IMG/VR virus record: IMGVR_UViG_3300024496_000011 | Strand: one strand, 5' to 3' | Origin: a virus | DNA: 64,000 bases | In this document: positions 17,871-26,565 of the stretch, piece after piece | Position numbering within the stretch: the first letter of the stretch is position 1 | Layout: every line of letters starts with the position of its first letter | Notes under the pieces: generated by a model | Told to the model about the DNA's origin: nothing | Database searches by the model: none | What the model saw: the letters and a program-made list of their open reading frames with translations, nothing else | Program-made: the position numbers and the translations under genes

Positions 17871-17916
17871 GCTCCTTTAAAAGCGAGTTTGTATTGTGTG
17901 GACCCTTTCGGCATCC
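17871..17916 (-). promoter_or_regulatory. hsp20 5'-UTR: GAAA-tetraloop hairpin plus U-rich/SD hairpin (fourU-like)
   Basis: GGATGCC-GAAA-GGGTCC (17916-17900); GCTTT-TAAA-GGAGC (17884-17871) pairs U residues with the SD; TATAAT at 17929-17924. Confidence 0.45.
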
Positions 17917-17938
17917 ATTACTAATTATACAAGAAACG

Positions 17939-18019
17939 AAAAAAAGAGGTATCGGTAAAACCGAACCTCTTTTTAGGGTGTTCCGACTTTTGTAGAGTGC
18001 CGCACGAATGGCACTCAAC
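17939..18019 (-). ncRNA. candidate small RNA (~80 nt) between regA and hsp20
   Basis: Late promoter ATAAATA at 18020-18026, GAGTGCC-ATTCGTGC-GGCACTC hairpin, single-stranded TACAAAAGTCGGAACACCC linker, then terminator AGAGGTTCGG-TTTTA-CCGATACCTCT-T6. Confidence 0.45.
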
Positions 18020-18022
18020 TAT

Positions 18023-18460
18023 TTATTCGGTTTCTACTGCTTTTCCTTTTTTACCGATGTTATACTTTTGTTCTAGAATCCAATCACCTTTATCCTTATA
18101 TGCAAGAACTTTAATTTGGTTCAGAGGTGCAATATCAGAAACTTTATCTTGATTTAGAACGGTAATAAGTCCCCAATCGGCAAGTAAACGAACAATACGA
18201 TTTCGTCTCTGAACATCATTTACGGTAAGATTTGCATGTTTACCGTCCAGTGCAAATAGTTCTTTAAAATGAACAATGTAATATTTGCCTTGTTTATGTA
18301 AAATATGGCAAGACTGATAGAGTTTTTTCTCTTTGCGCGATGCAACTCCAATTCTGGTCAAAGTCTCACGAACCTTGAGGAAATCGTCTGGTTCATTAAG
18401 AATTACCTCCACCATTTGGTCTTGCGACCAATCAACCGTAGGTTCTACCGTAGTAGTCAT
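18023..18460 (-). CDS. regA: translational repressor RegA
   Basis: DFLKVRETLTRIGVAS...LYQSCHILHKQGKYYIVHFKELFALDG. Confidence 0.97.
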   Translation of the reverse strand: MTTTVEPTVDWSQDQMVEVILNEPDDFLKVRETLTRIGVASRKEKKLYQSCHILHKQGKYYIVHFKELFALDGKHANLTVNDVQRRNRIVRLLADWGLITVLNQDKVSDIAPLNQIKVLAYKDKGDWILEQKYNIGKKGKAVETE

Positions 18461-18834
18461 TTTGATCCTCCAATGTCAAGTCTTTTTTTAATAAAATTAA
18501 TTTGTTCTTTTGTCAGGATTTTTAGAGCTTGAAATGCTTTTTCATTACTATAACCATAGTATTGTTTTATACATTCTAAGTCCGTGACCTTATCCTTTCG
18601 GAGCCAAGGAGAAAATCTCTTCTTTTTCCTCAAACTATTTAGATAAAAAGAATATTGCAGATCTTTATCTAGGTGATGGTTCATATTCATTTCATTTACA
18701 AATAGAACACAATCTATATGACCAGATAAACATCTATTAATAATGTAAGGAGAATACTCTTTTACTATTGATGGATCATCCATCAAATTTTCTTTTGTAA
18801 AATTAATTGAGTTTAACCAGTCCTTCAATTCCAT
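18457..18834 (-). CDS. gp62: clamp loader small subunit (T4 gp62)
   Basis: Start reassigned to MELKDWLNSIN; YIINRCLS, RKKKRFSPW, YYGYSNEKA. Confidence 0.93.
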   Translation of the reverse strand: MELKDWLNSINFTKENLMDDPSIVKEYSPYIINRCLSGHIDCVLFVNEMNMNHHLDKDLQYSFYLNSLRKKKRFSPWLRKDKVTDLECIKQYYGYSNEKAFQALKILTKEQINFIKKRLDIGGSK

Positions 18835-19654
18835 AATTAAAAAGCAGAAGTTCTTTACGTTGTTTTTGTTCACGCATATATTCACCAACTGAACGCATAG
18901 TATAAGTAAGATCAAACTCGGCAGCGTTCCAATTCTTGAATCGGTTTTTTACAAGTTGGTCTGAGTTGTAACTAATCAGTTGATGCATAGGATAATGAAA
19001 ATCACAATCAGCAGCAAACTTATCGTGATCAAATCCTTTGTGCATTGATCCCTTTCTCCCATAGAGATTATCCTTAATGTCATAAGGAGGATCGAGATAC
19101 ACAAAAGCAGTAGTGTCTCCATCCAGAAGATAATCGTATGAGTAATTAGTTATACGCCATTTAGAAATTAACGAAGAATACGCAAGCAGTTTTTCGATAC
19201 CTCGCATAGAGAAATTGGAATTAGATGCTTGCTGCGAAAATGATGAACTCTCTGTGAGACCACTGAAAGAACACTTATTGACAACATAGAAAGCCACAGC
19301 ACGATCAAAATTTGACACGGTTTTGTCATTGATCCGTTCCTTTGATTGAAGGAAAAGTTCTCTTGCTTTGTCTGGGGTATTATTTGCGTTTTTTAAATCA
19401 ACAAGTTCACTTTTTAAATCATATCCAAACATCTGGAGTTGTTGCCAGAAGTTTACCAGAGGTTCATAAAGATCATTCACCCAAATATCTAGGTTGGGAT
19501 ACTTCTTCGTGATATAAATCGCAACACTTCCACCACCAAGAAATGGTTCACGAAATTCACTATAGTCACGAAGGTCTGGAAAATATGATCCAATCTTTTC
19601 ACAGGCACGAGACTTACCTCCTGGGTAGCGCAATGGCGTCTTAAGAGATTTCAT
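18803..19654 (-). CDS. dam: Dam-like (D12 class) DNA adenine methyltransferase
   Basis: LRYPGGKS, EPFLGGGS, VNDL, DPPY. Confidence 0.92.
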   Translation of the reverse strand: MKSLKTPLRYPGGKSRACEKIGSYFPDLRDYSEFREPFLGGGSVAIYITKKYPNLDIWVNDLYEPLVNFWQQLQMFGYDLKSELVDLKNANNTPDKARELFLQSKERINDKTVSNFDRAVAFYVVNKCSFSGLTESSSFSQQASNSNFSMRGIEKLLAYSSLISKWRITNYSYDYLLDGDTTAFVYLDPPYDIKDNLYGRKGSMHKGFDHDKFAADCDFHYPMHQLISYNSDQLVKNRFKNWNAAEFDLTYTMRSVGEYMREQKQRKELLLFNYGIEGLVKLN

Positions 19655-20172
19655 TTTAAATCAAACTTTATACGATTTTTAAATTTTTCAATTTCAATAG
19701 GACTGAAAGAAGATCCATATAGTTTACCATATTTAAAGTCAACTTTTCTAACTTTATCAATTTGACCATTTGGTAAGTTTCTATCAGTAACTGGAAACTT
19801 TAAAATATCATTTTTCCAAGCAATAGCAAACTTGGTTAGATTATTATTAAACCACACCATTCCAAATTCAGGATATTCAAGATACTTAGATTTTCTATCC
19901 AAAAAACTTAAGCATCTCCAATTAGATGGCCAATCATCTTTCCAAGTTTTGCACCTTTCAAGATCAAAAGCACATTTAAGTTGGTTATCAAAATAAACAC
20001 CAATATCTACACCATACTTACCAAAAGGTTTTGTGACAATTTTACATTGGTCGGGATATTTATTGCGAAGAAATTTTACAAATATTTCGCTTTCATTATT
20101 GTCATCAAAAGAATCAATTCTGTCTTGAAAAGTTCCATATTCAAAAATTGTATCTTTAGTGACTGTTTTCAT
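19651..20172 (-). CDS. putative PD-(D/E)XK-family nuclease, AT-rich insertion (173 aa)
   Basis: YGVDIGV...AFDLERCKTW resembles D...ExK catalytic spacing; visibly more AT-rich than its flanks. Confidence 0.5.
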   Translation of the reverse strand: MKTVTKDTIFEYGTFQDRIDSFDDNNESEIFVKFLRNKYPDQCKIVTKPFGKYGVDIGVYFDNQLKCAFDLERCKTWKDDWPSNWRCLSFLDRKSKYLEYPEFGMVWFNNNLTKFAIAWKNDILKFPVTDRNLPNGQIDKVRKVDFKYGKLYGSSFSPIEIEKFKNRIKFDLK

Positions 20173-21113
20173 TTGAATTCACACTCACACATAATTTCAG
20201 TTAATGCAGCAAGAAGATTTACTTCTTGGTCAGCCACGAACGCACATTGGTATTGATACTTAGCAATAACAAGAACGGCAGCAGGGATAGATGCGGGAAC
20301 AAGGCAATCGTAAGAGGCGTCATAAATCCTGCGAAGAAGACTAGAAGCATCGTTGTCCAAGTTGGAGACCACCCACTTTCGGACTTCAGGAAAGTTTTTA
20401 TCCTTGAGATTTTTAATAAGTTCATTTACAGAGATGTCTGAGAAAGATGCAAGAATGCCCGAGTCGATTTTTCCTCCTGTAGAATATCTCTGGCATTCGT
20501 TGAGGACCCTACGAAAGTCTGGGAAGTGTTTTGATACAAGTTCCGCAACGACTTTTTGATCATATTCAATCTTTTCCGCATCCAAGATTGATTGAAGTCG
20601 TTGGAAGAAACTACCTGCAAGTTGAACTCTTTGCTTCCCTTTGATGGTGAAGTCGATGACGGCACATCGGGAGTGAAGAGGTTCAATAATCTTGTTCTTG
20701 TAGTTACAGGTGAAGATGAATCGACAGTTATTATAAAATGCCTCAATATTCGCCCGTAGTAGGAGTTGTACATCGTTCCCTGTGTTATCAGCTTCATCGA
20801 TGATAATGACTTTGTGTTTAGCAGATCCCGTAAGTGAGACGGTCGAAGCAAAGTTCTTTGCTTGGTTCCGTACAGTATCCAGGAAACGCCCTTCGTCGGA
20901 TCCATTGATGACATAATAATCTGCCCCCAATTCATTACATAATGCTTTTGCGATTGTAGTTTTACCAATACCAGGAGGTCCTGCAAGAAGGAGATTTGGA
21001 ATCTCACCTTTCGCTACAAACTCCTTAAATGTTTTTTTAGTGTCATCGGGCAAAATACAGTCATCAATCACTTGAGGACGATATTTTTCCACAAAAAGAA
21101 ATTCACTTGCCAT
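20169..21113 (-). CDS. gp44: clamp loader large subunit (T4 gp44, RFC-like AAA+)
   Basis: VEKYRP, GPPGIGKT, IIDEAD, SRC motif; start at MASEF. Confidence 0.97.
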   Translation of the reverse strand: MASEFLFVEKYRPQVIDDCILPDDTKKTFKEFVAKGEIPNLLLAGPPGIGKTTIAKALCNELGADYYVINGSDEGRFLDTVRNQAKNFASTVSLTGSAKHKVIIIDEADNTGNDVQLLLRANIEAFYNNCRFIFTCNYKNKIIEPLHSRCAVIDFTIKGKQRVQLAGSFFQRLQSILDAEKIEYDQKVVAELVSKHFPDFRRVLNECQRYSTGGKIDSGILASFSDISVNELIKNLKDKNFPEVRKWVVSNLDNDASSLLRRIYDASYDCLVPASIPAAVLVIAKYQYQCAFVADQEVNLLAALTEIMCECEFK

Positions 21114-21115
21114 AA

Positions 21116-21631
21116 TCAAATCCAATTAGGTTTTCTTTCTGGCATACGGAGATAGTTATCAGCAACCCAAGGTTTGGATGCAATGTATCTTTTGTATGCT
21201 TCAAATGTATCAATAGTGTCGTCAAACTTCCATTCCTCAGGCATAGCACGAGCAAATGGAGTCACTTCTGTAATCTTACCCTTAGGAAACAAGTAGTATG
21301 CATCCACAAGGGTTTTGTAGCAGGAGTGAGTTTTATTATACCGCAGGCAGTATTCATCAGACAAGTTCAATCCCCACTTGATTAACCAGTAGGCATTATG
21401 GATACTCTCCAGTGCCCACTTGGTGCAGGGATGATTGCGGAATGCTCCTTTCTCGGTCTTGTAGGGGGTTCCATCTGCTTTAGGGAGAGTGCCGTAACCG
21501 TATCCCCATTTTTCTGACGCAACGATAGAGAGCATCTGACAGCACTCTAGGGGCATCTTGACAATGTGTTTGTCGGGGAGGCAAATAGCACTCTCAGCGG
21601 GCCAAGGAGAAGTAACGAAGATATTCATCAA
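21116..21631 (-). CDS. pyrimidine-dimer DNA glycosylase / endonuclease V-like protein
   Basis: MNIF...DKHIVKMPLECCQMLS...NHPCTKWA...FARAMPEE pattern. Confidence 0.7.
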   Translation of the reverse strand: MMNIFVTSPWPAESAICLPDKHIVKMPLECCQMLSIVASEKWGYGYGTLPKADGTPYKTEKGAFRNHPCTKWALESIHNAYWLIKWGLNLSDEYCLRYNKTHSCYKTLVDAYYLFPKGKITEVTPFARAMPEEWKFDDTIDTFEAYKRYIASKPWVADNYLRMPERKPNWI

Positions 21632-22299
21632 CCAAAGGTAGAATCGGGTTCCATAGCAATATAATAAGTCACATCAAACCCAGTATTCTTGAACCGTGAC
21701 AAAAGTTTAGAAGAAATCACCACCTCATAAGAACCAGGGATAATCTTGATGTTTTCTACTTTGAAATTAAAAGTGAATACCTCATCTGTTTCACCGACCA
21801 CCACAGAGAAATCATTGGAAGTATCGTTCTTTTTATCGCGAACAACCAATTTTACAACACCTGCTTCACCAACCACAGACAGGTCAGGAAGTTGATACAC
21901 AGCAGCAGCTTTAAGCAGTTTATCAAGTTCTTTGGTATCAAGAATGAAACAAACATCTTCTGAGGGTAGAGAGATAGATTTGTCTGGAGGAGTAACAATT
22001 ACATTAGGATCTGCAAAAAAATATTTGGAACGAGAACGACCTTCTTTAATGACTACATAACCGTCATTCTGAAAATCAAGTTCAGCATTTTGATGGAGGT
22101 TGAGTCCATTCAGAAATTGGTTTAGATCATAGATACCAAAATCCTTAGGCAGTTCTTCTTCAATTGTTGCCTCTGCGAGAATATTTTTCATCACAGAAAT
22201 TGTGCGAAGATTGCTTCCTTCTTTAAACAGAATGGACTGATTAATAGAAGAAAAGTTCTTGAGCAGAGTCAAAGTTTTGTCAGAGAGTTTCATAATCAA
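21628..22299 (-). CDS. gp45: sliding clamp (T4 gp45)
   Basis: MKLSDKTLTLLKNFSSINQSI, FGIYDLNQFL, FNFKVENIKI. Confidence 0.96.
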   Translation of the reverse strand: MIMKLSDKTLTLLKNFSSINQSILFKEGSNLRTISVMKNILAEATIEEELPKDFGIYDLNQFLNGLNLHQNAELDFQNDGYVVIKEGRSRSKYFFADPNVIVTPPDKSISLPSEDVCFILDTKELDKLLKAAAVYQLPDLSVVGEAGVVKLVVRDKKNDTSNDFSVVVGETDEVFTFNFKVENIKIIPGSYEVVISSKLLSRFKNTGFDVTYYIAMEPDSTFG

Positions 22300-22802
22300 T
22301 AGTTGTAAGTGTTAGTGGTGTTTTTATGAAGTCCAGCGAAATGATAAAGAAGAACGCAATAATGAATTGCCTTCAAAATGTCCATTTTGGACTTACCATT
22401 CTTCTTACCAAACCGCGAGAGATACTTGATAGCGTTGGAACGAGTGAATGGTTCACCATCTCCAATACTCTCAATCAAATCGAGAGTTTGAGTTTTAGAT
22501 TGTTCTGAAGTGTAGTGAGAATGATAAGTACTTGCAATATACTCTTCTACTGCTTTCAGAGTTTTATCTTCTTCATATTTCCAGAAACCATTTTTGTTTG
22601 TATCTTCAGGCATTTTCAAATTAAAAGTAGAAGGTAGATTCAGAGATAGATGATCATCACCAAGTCCACCAGAAAGTCGGGAACTAAGGACAAACATATC
22701 GGGAGAAGGACACGGATTTCCAGTTAGACTAATACCATCTTCTTCCCAGAAATCTTGATTAGGGATTGAACTTTCGTAAGTGCTCTCAAAGTTTTCGGAC
22801 AT
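22296..22802 (-). CDS. DUF3310/T7 gp1.7-like (putative nucleotide kinase) protein
   Basis: YIASTYHSHY...QTLDLIESIG...NAIKYLSRFGKK...DILKAIHY. Confidence 0.55.
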   Translation of the reverse strand: MSENFESTYESSIPNQDFWEEDGISLTGNPCPSPDMFVLSSRLSGGLGDDHLSLNLPSTFNLKMPEDTNKNGFWKYEEDKTLKAVEEYIASTYHSHYTSEQSKTQTLDLIESIGDGEPFTRSNAIKYLSRFGKKNGKSKMDILKAIHYCVLLYHFAGLHKNTTNTYNY

Positions 22803-22823
22803 TGTATTTCATAGTAAAGGACA

Positions 22824-22848
22824 AAAAGAGGAGGCACATTGACCTCCT
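22824..22848 (-). terminator. Rho-independent terminator after cobS-like gene
   Basis: AGGAGG-TCAATGTG-CCTCCT-CTTTTT. Confidence 0.65.
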
Positions 22849-22857
22849 TATATCCTA

Positions 22858-23949
22858 TCAGTTTGACTGCTGTTCGTCAACAGGAAGTTGAAAGTCAGCA
22901 TCAACCTTGTCATAAAGTTCAAGGAATGCTTGCTTGGTTTCATCATCAAAGCGGTTAACGCACACTTGGATTGCCTTTGCTTTATCTTGGAAAATGCTGT
23001 AAGCACGGATGATGTGAACCAGACGGCGGGTGCTGATGATCTCCTCAATACCACCATCGTAGAAAGTCTTACGGATGATGTCTGCCCAATCGACCAGGCG
23101 CTTACAGAAATTACGATCTTCAATACCCAGATCCAAAGCAATACCTTCCAGAATCTTCTGCTCAGTTGCAGGGGCGGGATAGGACTGCTCAAAGGTCACA
23201 GGGAAACGCTCAAGGAATGCTTCGTTGAGAACATTGGTGCCGATGAAGCGACCATCATCAGAACCCTTACCCTTGGTGTTGGCGGTGGCGATCACATTGA
23301 AACCAGAGGCAGGTTTCACGAAGCGACCGATCTTTTTGAGGAACACACCTTTACCTTCCAGAATGGATTGCAGGCACAGGATCTTATTAGAAGCAAGGTC
23401 AATCTCATCCAGCAGCAGCACTGCACCACGCTCAAGTGCTTCCACTACAGGACCATTGTGCCATACAGTCTCACCATTGACAAGACGGAAACCACCAATC
23501 AGGTCATCTTCATCAGTCTCGATGGTAATGTTGACACGAATCAATTCACGCTTCAGTTGAGCACATGCTTGCTCAACGCTGAAAGTTTTACCATTACCAG
23601 ACAGACCAGTGACGAACACAGGATAAAAGATATTGGACTGAATAACTTTTTTAATATCACCAAAGTTACCAAACTTGACGAAGGTATCATCTTTATCGGG
23701 AATGAGGTTTTGTTCGATAGGGGGAACCACTGCAGGTGCTTGGAAAGTGCGTTCGATTTCTTGTACTTTTTGTTGCGTCACTTCAAGATTCCATTTACCA
23801 CGACCAACTTTAAATTGATCAAGTTTTTTAGTAACAGTTTGATAGTTAGCATCGTTCAGATTACACCAGGCACGGATATCAGCACCAGTGATGGTGTTTC
23901 CATACAGGTTCTGTAGAGAAGTGCGGATGTAGTCGGAGGAGAGTGCCAT
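22858..23949 (-). CDS. cobS: MoxR/CobS-like AAA+ ATPase
   Basis: GLSGNGKT, LLLDEID, ATANTKGKG, NEAFLERF, ISTRRL; start at MALSS. Confidence 0.88.
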   Translation of the reverse strand: MALSSDYIRTSLQNLYGNTITGADIRAWCNLNDANYQTVTKKLDQFKVGRGKWNLEVTQQKVQEIERTFQAPAVVPPIEQNLIPDKDDTFVKFGNFGDIKKVIQSNIFYPVFVTGLSGNGKTFSVEQACAQLKRELIRVNITIETDEDDLIGGFRLVNGETVWHNGPVVEALERGAVLLLDEIDLASNKILCLQSILEGKGVFLKKIGRFVKPASGFNVIATANTKGKGSDDGRFIGTNVLNEAFLERFPVTFEQSYPAPATEQKILEGIALDLGIEDRNFCKRLVDWADIIRKTFYDGGIEEIISTRRLVHIIRAYSIFQDKAKAIQVCVNRFDDETKQAFLELYDKVDADFQLPVDEQQSN

Positions 23950-23974
23950 TAGTTTGCTTTGTTTCAACCTAGTC

Positions 23975-24029
23975 ATTATAGAGCAAAAAGAGGTCCTCCT
24001 GGGACCTCGGTGGTCAGTTTGCCAACTGG
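23975..24029 (-). promoter_or_regulatory. promoter: CCAGTT...CTGACCAC box, hairpin, TATAAT
   Basis: Box at 24029-24010, GAGGTCC hairpin at 24008-23990 with T-run, -10 at 23980-23975. Confidence 0.55.
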
Positions 24030-24199
24030 TTCTTGAGTTCTCTTAGGTACTCTTCACTTGCAATATGACCTGTATATCCTGGATAGTACTTATTTACTAA
24101 AGAGTCAATGCCCATAGCAGTTGTACTGCTATTACATTTAATCCATACTTCTTTTGTATTGTATTCTACCACATGTTCGAATGGAAATTTTTGTTTCAT
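24014..24199 (-). CDS. hypothetical protein (61 aa)
   Basis: ORF with ATGA coupling to the VWA gene. Confidence 0.65.
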   Translation of the reverse strand: MKQKFPFEHVVEYNTKEVWIKCNSSTTAMGIDSLVNKYYPGYTGHIASEEYLRELKNQLAN

Positions 24200-26382
24200 G
24201 CAACTAAAGAAATGAACTCACCAAGAACTTTTTTATTTAGTTTTTTAGTCTTAAGGGACTTAACGAACGCAGATTTAATTTGGGATTTAGTTGCATCTTC
24301 GGAAACTTCAAACTCAGTTTCTTGAGAAAGTGCAGTTGCAGACATTCCAAAGTACGCATCATATCCAGACTTTGTAATTGTGAAACTCTTCAGTTTCTTC
24401 CAATCATTTTGAATTTTCTCATATTCTTTTTCAAGTTGAGAATGATACATTTGAACAAAGCGACTGAAGTTGCGACTTTCAAGAACACGAATACCAATAA
24501 AGTTCATGGAAGTAAACTTATCTTTCAGGTTCCTAAGAAGAACATCAGTAAATTCATGATAACCATATCCAATCTTATAGGTAGTTCCAAGTTTACGATC
24601 ACGAAGGAATGTCGTATGTGGATTAATATACCCAGTTCCAAGAAATGGTTTCTTTTCCCACTGGCGTTTAACTTCTTTGTGGTGGACAAGTTGATTTGCT
24701 TCACCATCAGTAAGAACAATACATTGAACTTTTTGAAGTTTGTTTTCCTTTTGGAACTTAGGAAGAATCTGATGAAGAGTAATCAGAGATTCATTCAAAG
24801 GAGTTCCTGAGAGAGAAAGACGATTTGGATAAGTATAGGGAGAACTATAAGTCCTACCAAAACAATAAGCAAGACGCCAAATATTCAACATTTGATGCTC
24901 AAGAACACTACCAGAAACTTTACTAGTGAGAATATTCATCATGGAGAAAGTTTCATCTACAACCAGAAGACCATCTTTCTTTTGGTAATGTGGAGTGCGG
25001 TCTGCAGCAAGATAACGATCATTTTCATAATCATACTCACCACGACGCCACTCACTAGTAAAAGCATAAACCTCAAAAGGAATGGATACTTTCTTACAGA
25101 ACCAAACAAGATTGAAGAGTTGCTTACATGTATCAAGCATCACATCACACATAGAACCACTCCAGTCCAAAACAAATACAAGACCATGATTCTTGCCATC
25201 AGGAATCACAGATACTTTCTTGAACAAGTCTTCATTGTACTTGTAAGTATGAAGACGAGATGTATCGAGAACACCAGTGCGAGCAGTTGATGCACGAGCA
25301 TACTGATCTGCAGCCTTACGACATTCAAATTCTTTTACCAAGTAGTTGACTTCTTTTTGAGCAGAAGATTTAAACTTTTTAAAGTCAAGATCAGATTCTT
25401 TATAGAGATTTGTAGGAGTATAACTTTGTCTTTCCGCATGTTCATTATGGATTTTTTGTTGATGAGCAAAAGAATCATCAATATCTTTATGAACTTCAGA
25501 GTTCTTACCAATAACAGTATCAAGATTTACTTGAGGAACCTCAATATAAACATTTTCATATCCATCGTTACCCACAAGGTCACGAATCTTATCTTCCAAA
25601 GACTCTGCAGTGCGAACTTCAGGTTCTTCTTTTTCCCCAGAAGATTTTACGGGAGTTTCATCACCTTGAGCAGTGCCACCATAGGACTCTGAAGACTCTT
25701 TTTCAGAGGAGTTATCACTCTCACCTTCTTGCTCAGAAGAGGAGTCATTAGTCTCCACAAAATCACTTGCAGGAGACTGTGAATTTCCTTGAGTTTCGTG
25801 AGAATCAAAGTCAGCAACCTTCTGCTGTTGTTCCTTTTCTTTTTTACAATAATTATAAAGTTCTTCAGCAGCAATCAGTGTATCTGCAAAACTTTCACAA
25901 GCATCAATGATATTAATGATTTCTTTTTCCTCTGGAGTAAAATCAAGAGTCAAAAAGTTGCCAACTTTAAAATAAAGGTTAGCGCGGTCAGCAAGATTAA
26001 AAGTAGAAATATCTTCTTCTTTGAGTTGAAAGAAATCTTCTTCGTTCAGTTCCTTATATCCATTAAAGAAAGTCTTAGCAAGACCAGCATACTTACGCTT
26101 CATCAGTTTTTCAATGCGAGCATCCTCAACCACATTCACAAACTGCTGAGGAACTTTTGCAGTTTCGCTCCAATCCTCATCAGGAGTAAAGAGTGCGTGA
26201 CCCACCTCATGACCAACCAGAAGGTCATATACAAGGTTACTTGCCTTTTCCCACAAAGGCAGAGTCAGAACACGAGTATGAACATTGAAACAAGCAGTAG
26301 GAACCTTCTTGTGTTCCACCACAAGGTCTTCAGTAGCAAGAAGTTTGGCAAGTTGAGATTTGATTTCGTGAGAGACTGCCAT
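24196..26382 (-). CDS. CobT-like VWA-domain protein with N-terminal HExxH (putative metallopeptidase) domain
   Basis: LVGHEVGHALFT, NVVEDARIE, acidic linker, MIDAS FVLDWSGSM, SGTPL, IVLTDGE; start at MAVSHE. Confidence 0.85.
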   Translation of the reverse strand: MAVSHEIKSQLAKLLATEDLVVEHKKVPTACFNVHTRVLTLPLWEKASNLVYDLLVGHEVGHALFTPDEDWSETAKVPQQFVNVVEDARIEKLMKRKYAGLAKTFFNGYKELNEEDFFQLKEEDISTFNLADRANLYFKVGNFLTLDFTPEEKEIINIIDACESFADTLIAAEELYNYCKKEKEQQQKVADFDSHETQGNSQSPASDFVETNDSSSEQEGESDNSSEKESSESYGGTAQGDETPVKSSGEKEEPEVRTAESLEDKIRDLVGNDGYENVYIEVPQVNLDTVIGKNSEVHKDIDDSFAHQQKIHNEHAERQSYTPTNLYKESDLDFKKFKSSAQKEVNYLVKEFECRKAADQYARASTARTGVLDTSRLHTYKYNEDLFKKVSVIPDGKNHGLVFVLDWSGSMCDVMLDTCKQLFNLVWFCKKVSIPFEVYAFTSEWRRGEYDYENDRYLAADRTPHYQKKDGLLVVDETFSMMNILTSKVSGSVLEHQMLNIWRLAYCFGRTYSSPYTYPNRLSLSGTPLNESLITLHQILPKFQKENKLQKVQCIVLTDGEANQLVHHKEVKRQWEKKPFLGTGYINPHTTFLRDRKLGTTYKIGYGYHEFTDVLLRNLKDKFTSMNFIGIRVLESRNFSRFVQMYHSQLEKEYEKIQNDWKKLKSFTITKSGYDAYFGMSATALSQETEFEVSEDATKSQIKSAFVKSLKTKKLNKKVLGEFISLVA

Positions 26383-26551
26383 GAGGTTTGTTTCGTATGA
26401 GACCATCATAAAACGAAAGGTCGCCTTTTGGGCGACCCATGTGACGCTTTTTGAACTGGGCGAGTCGTGCTTTTGCTTGCCTCAGTGCTTGCGGTTTAAG
26501 TTTTCGTTTCTGTTCTTTCTTTGAATGGTGTTTCCAGTTTGGGACTTGCAT
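26330..26551 (-). CDS. small basic hypothetical protein (73 aa)
   Basis: MQVPNWKHHSKKEQKRKLKPQALRQAK, typical of cyanophage genes after gp46. Confidence 0.6.
   Translation of the reverse strand: MQVPNWKHHSKKEQKRKLKPQALRQAKARLAQFKKRHMGRPKGDLSFYDGLIRNKPHGSLSRNQISTCQTSCY
26405..26459 (-). promoter_or_regulatory. promoter: CCAGTT...GCGTCAC box, hairpin, TATGAT
   Basis: Box at 26459-26441, GGTCGCC-CAAAA-GGCGACC hairpin at 26437-26419, -10 at 26410-26405. Confidence 0.5.
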
Positions 26552-26565
26552 TGTTATTAAGTGGA

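Noticed and set aside
18803-19654. Dam methylase as a novel defence system on its own
   Set aside because: Orphan Dam-like genes next to gp62 are a common T4-like feature; only the adjacent nuclease-like insertion is noteworthy.
20426-21007. 193-aa alternative-frame minus-strand ORF inside gp44 (also 2372-3085 inside nrdA)
   Set aside because: Overlapping frame of a conserved gene, Ser/Leu-rich with no protein-like motifs.
22888-23916. 342-aa plus-strand ORF
   Set aside because: Antisense shadow of the cobS-like gene arising from its codon bias; no promoter/RBS or recognisable motifs.
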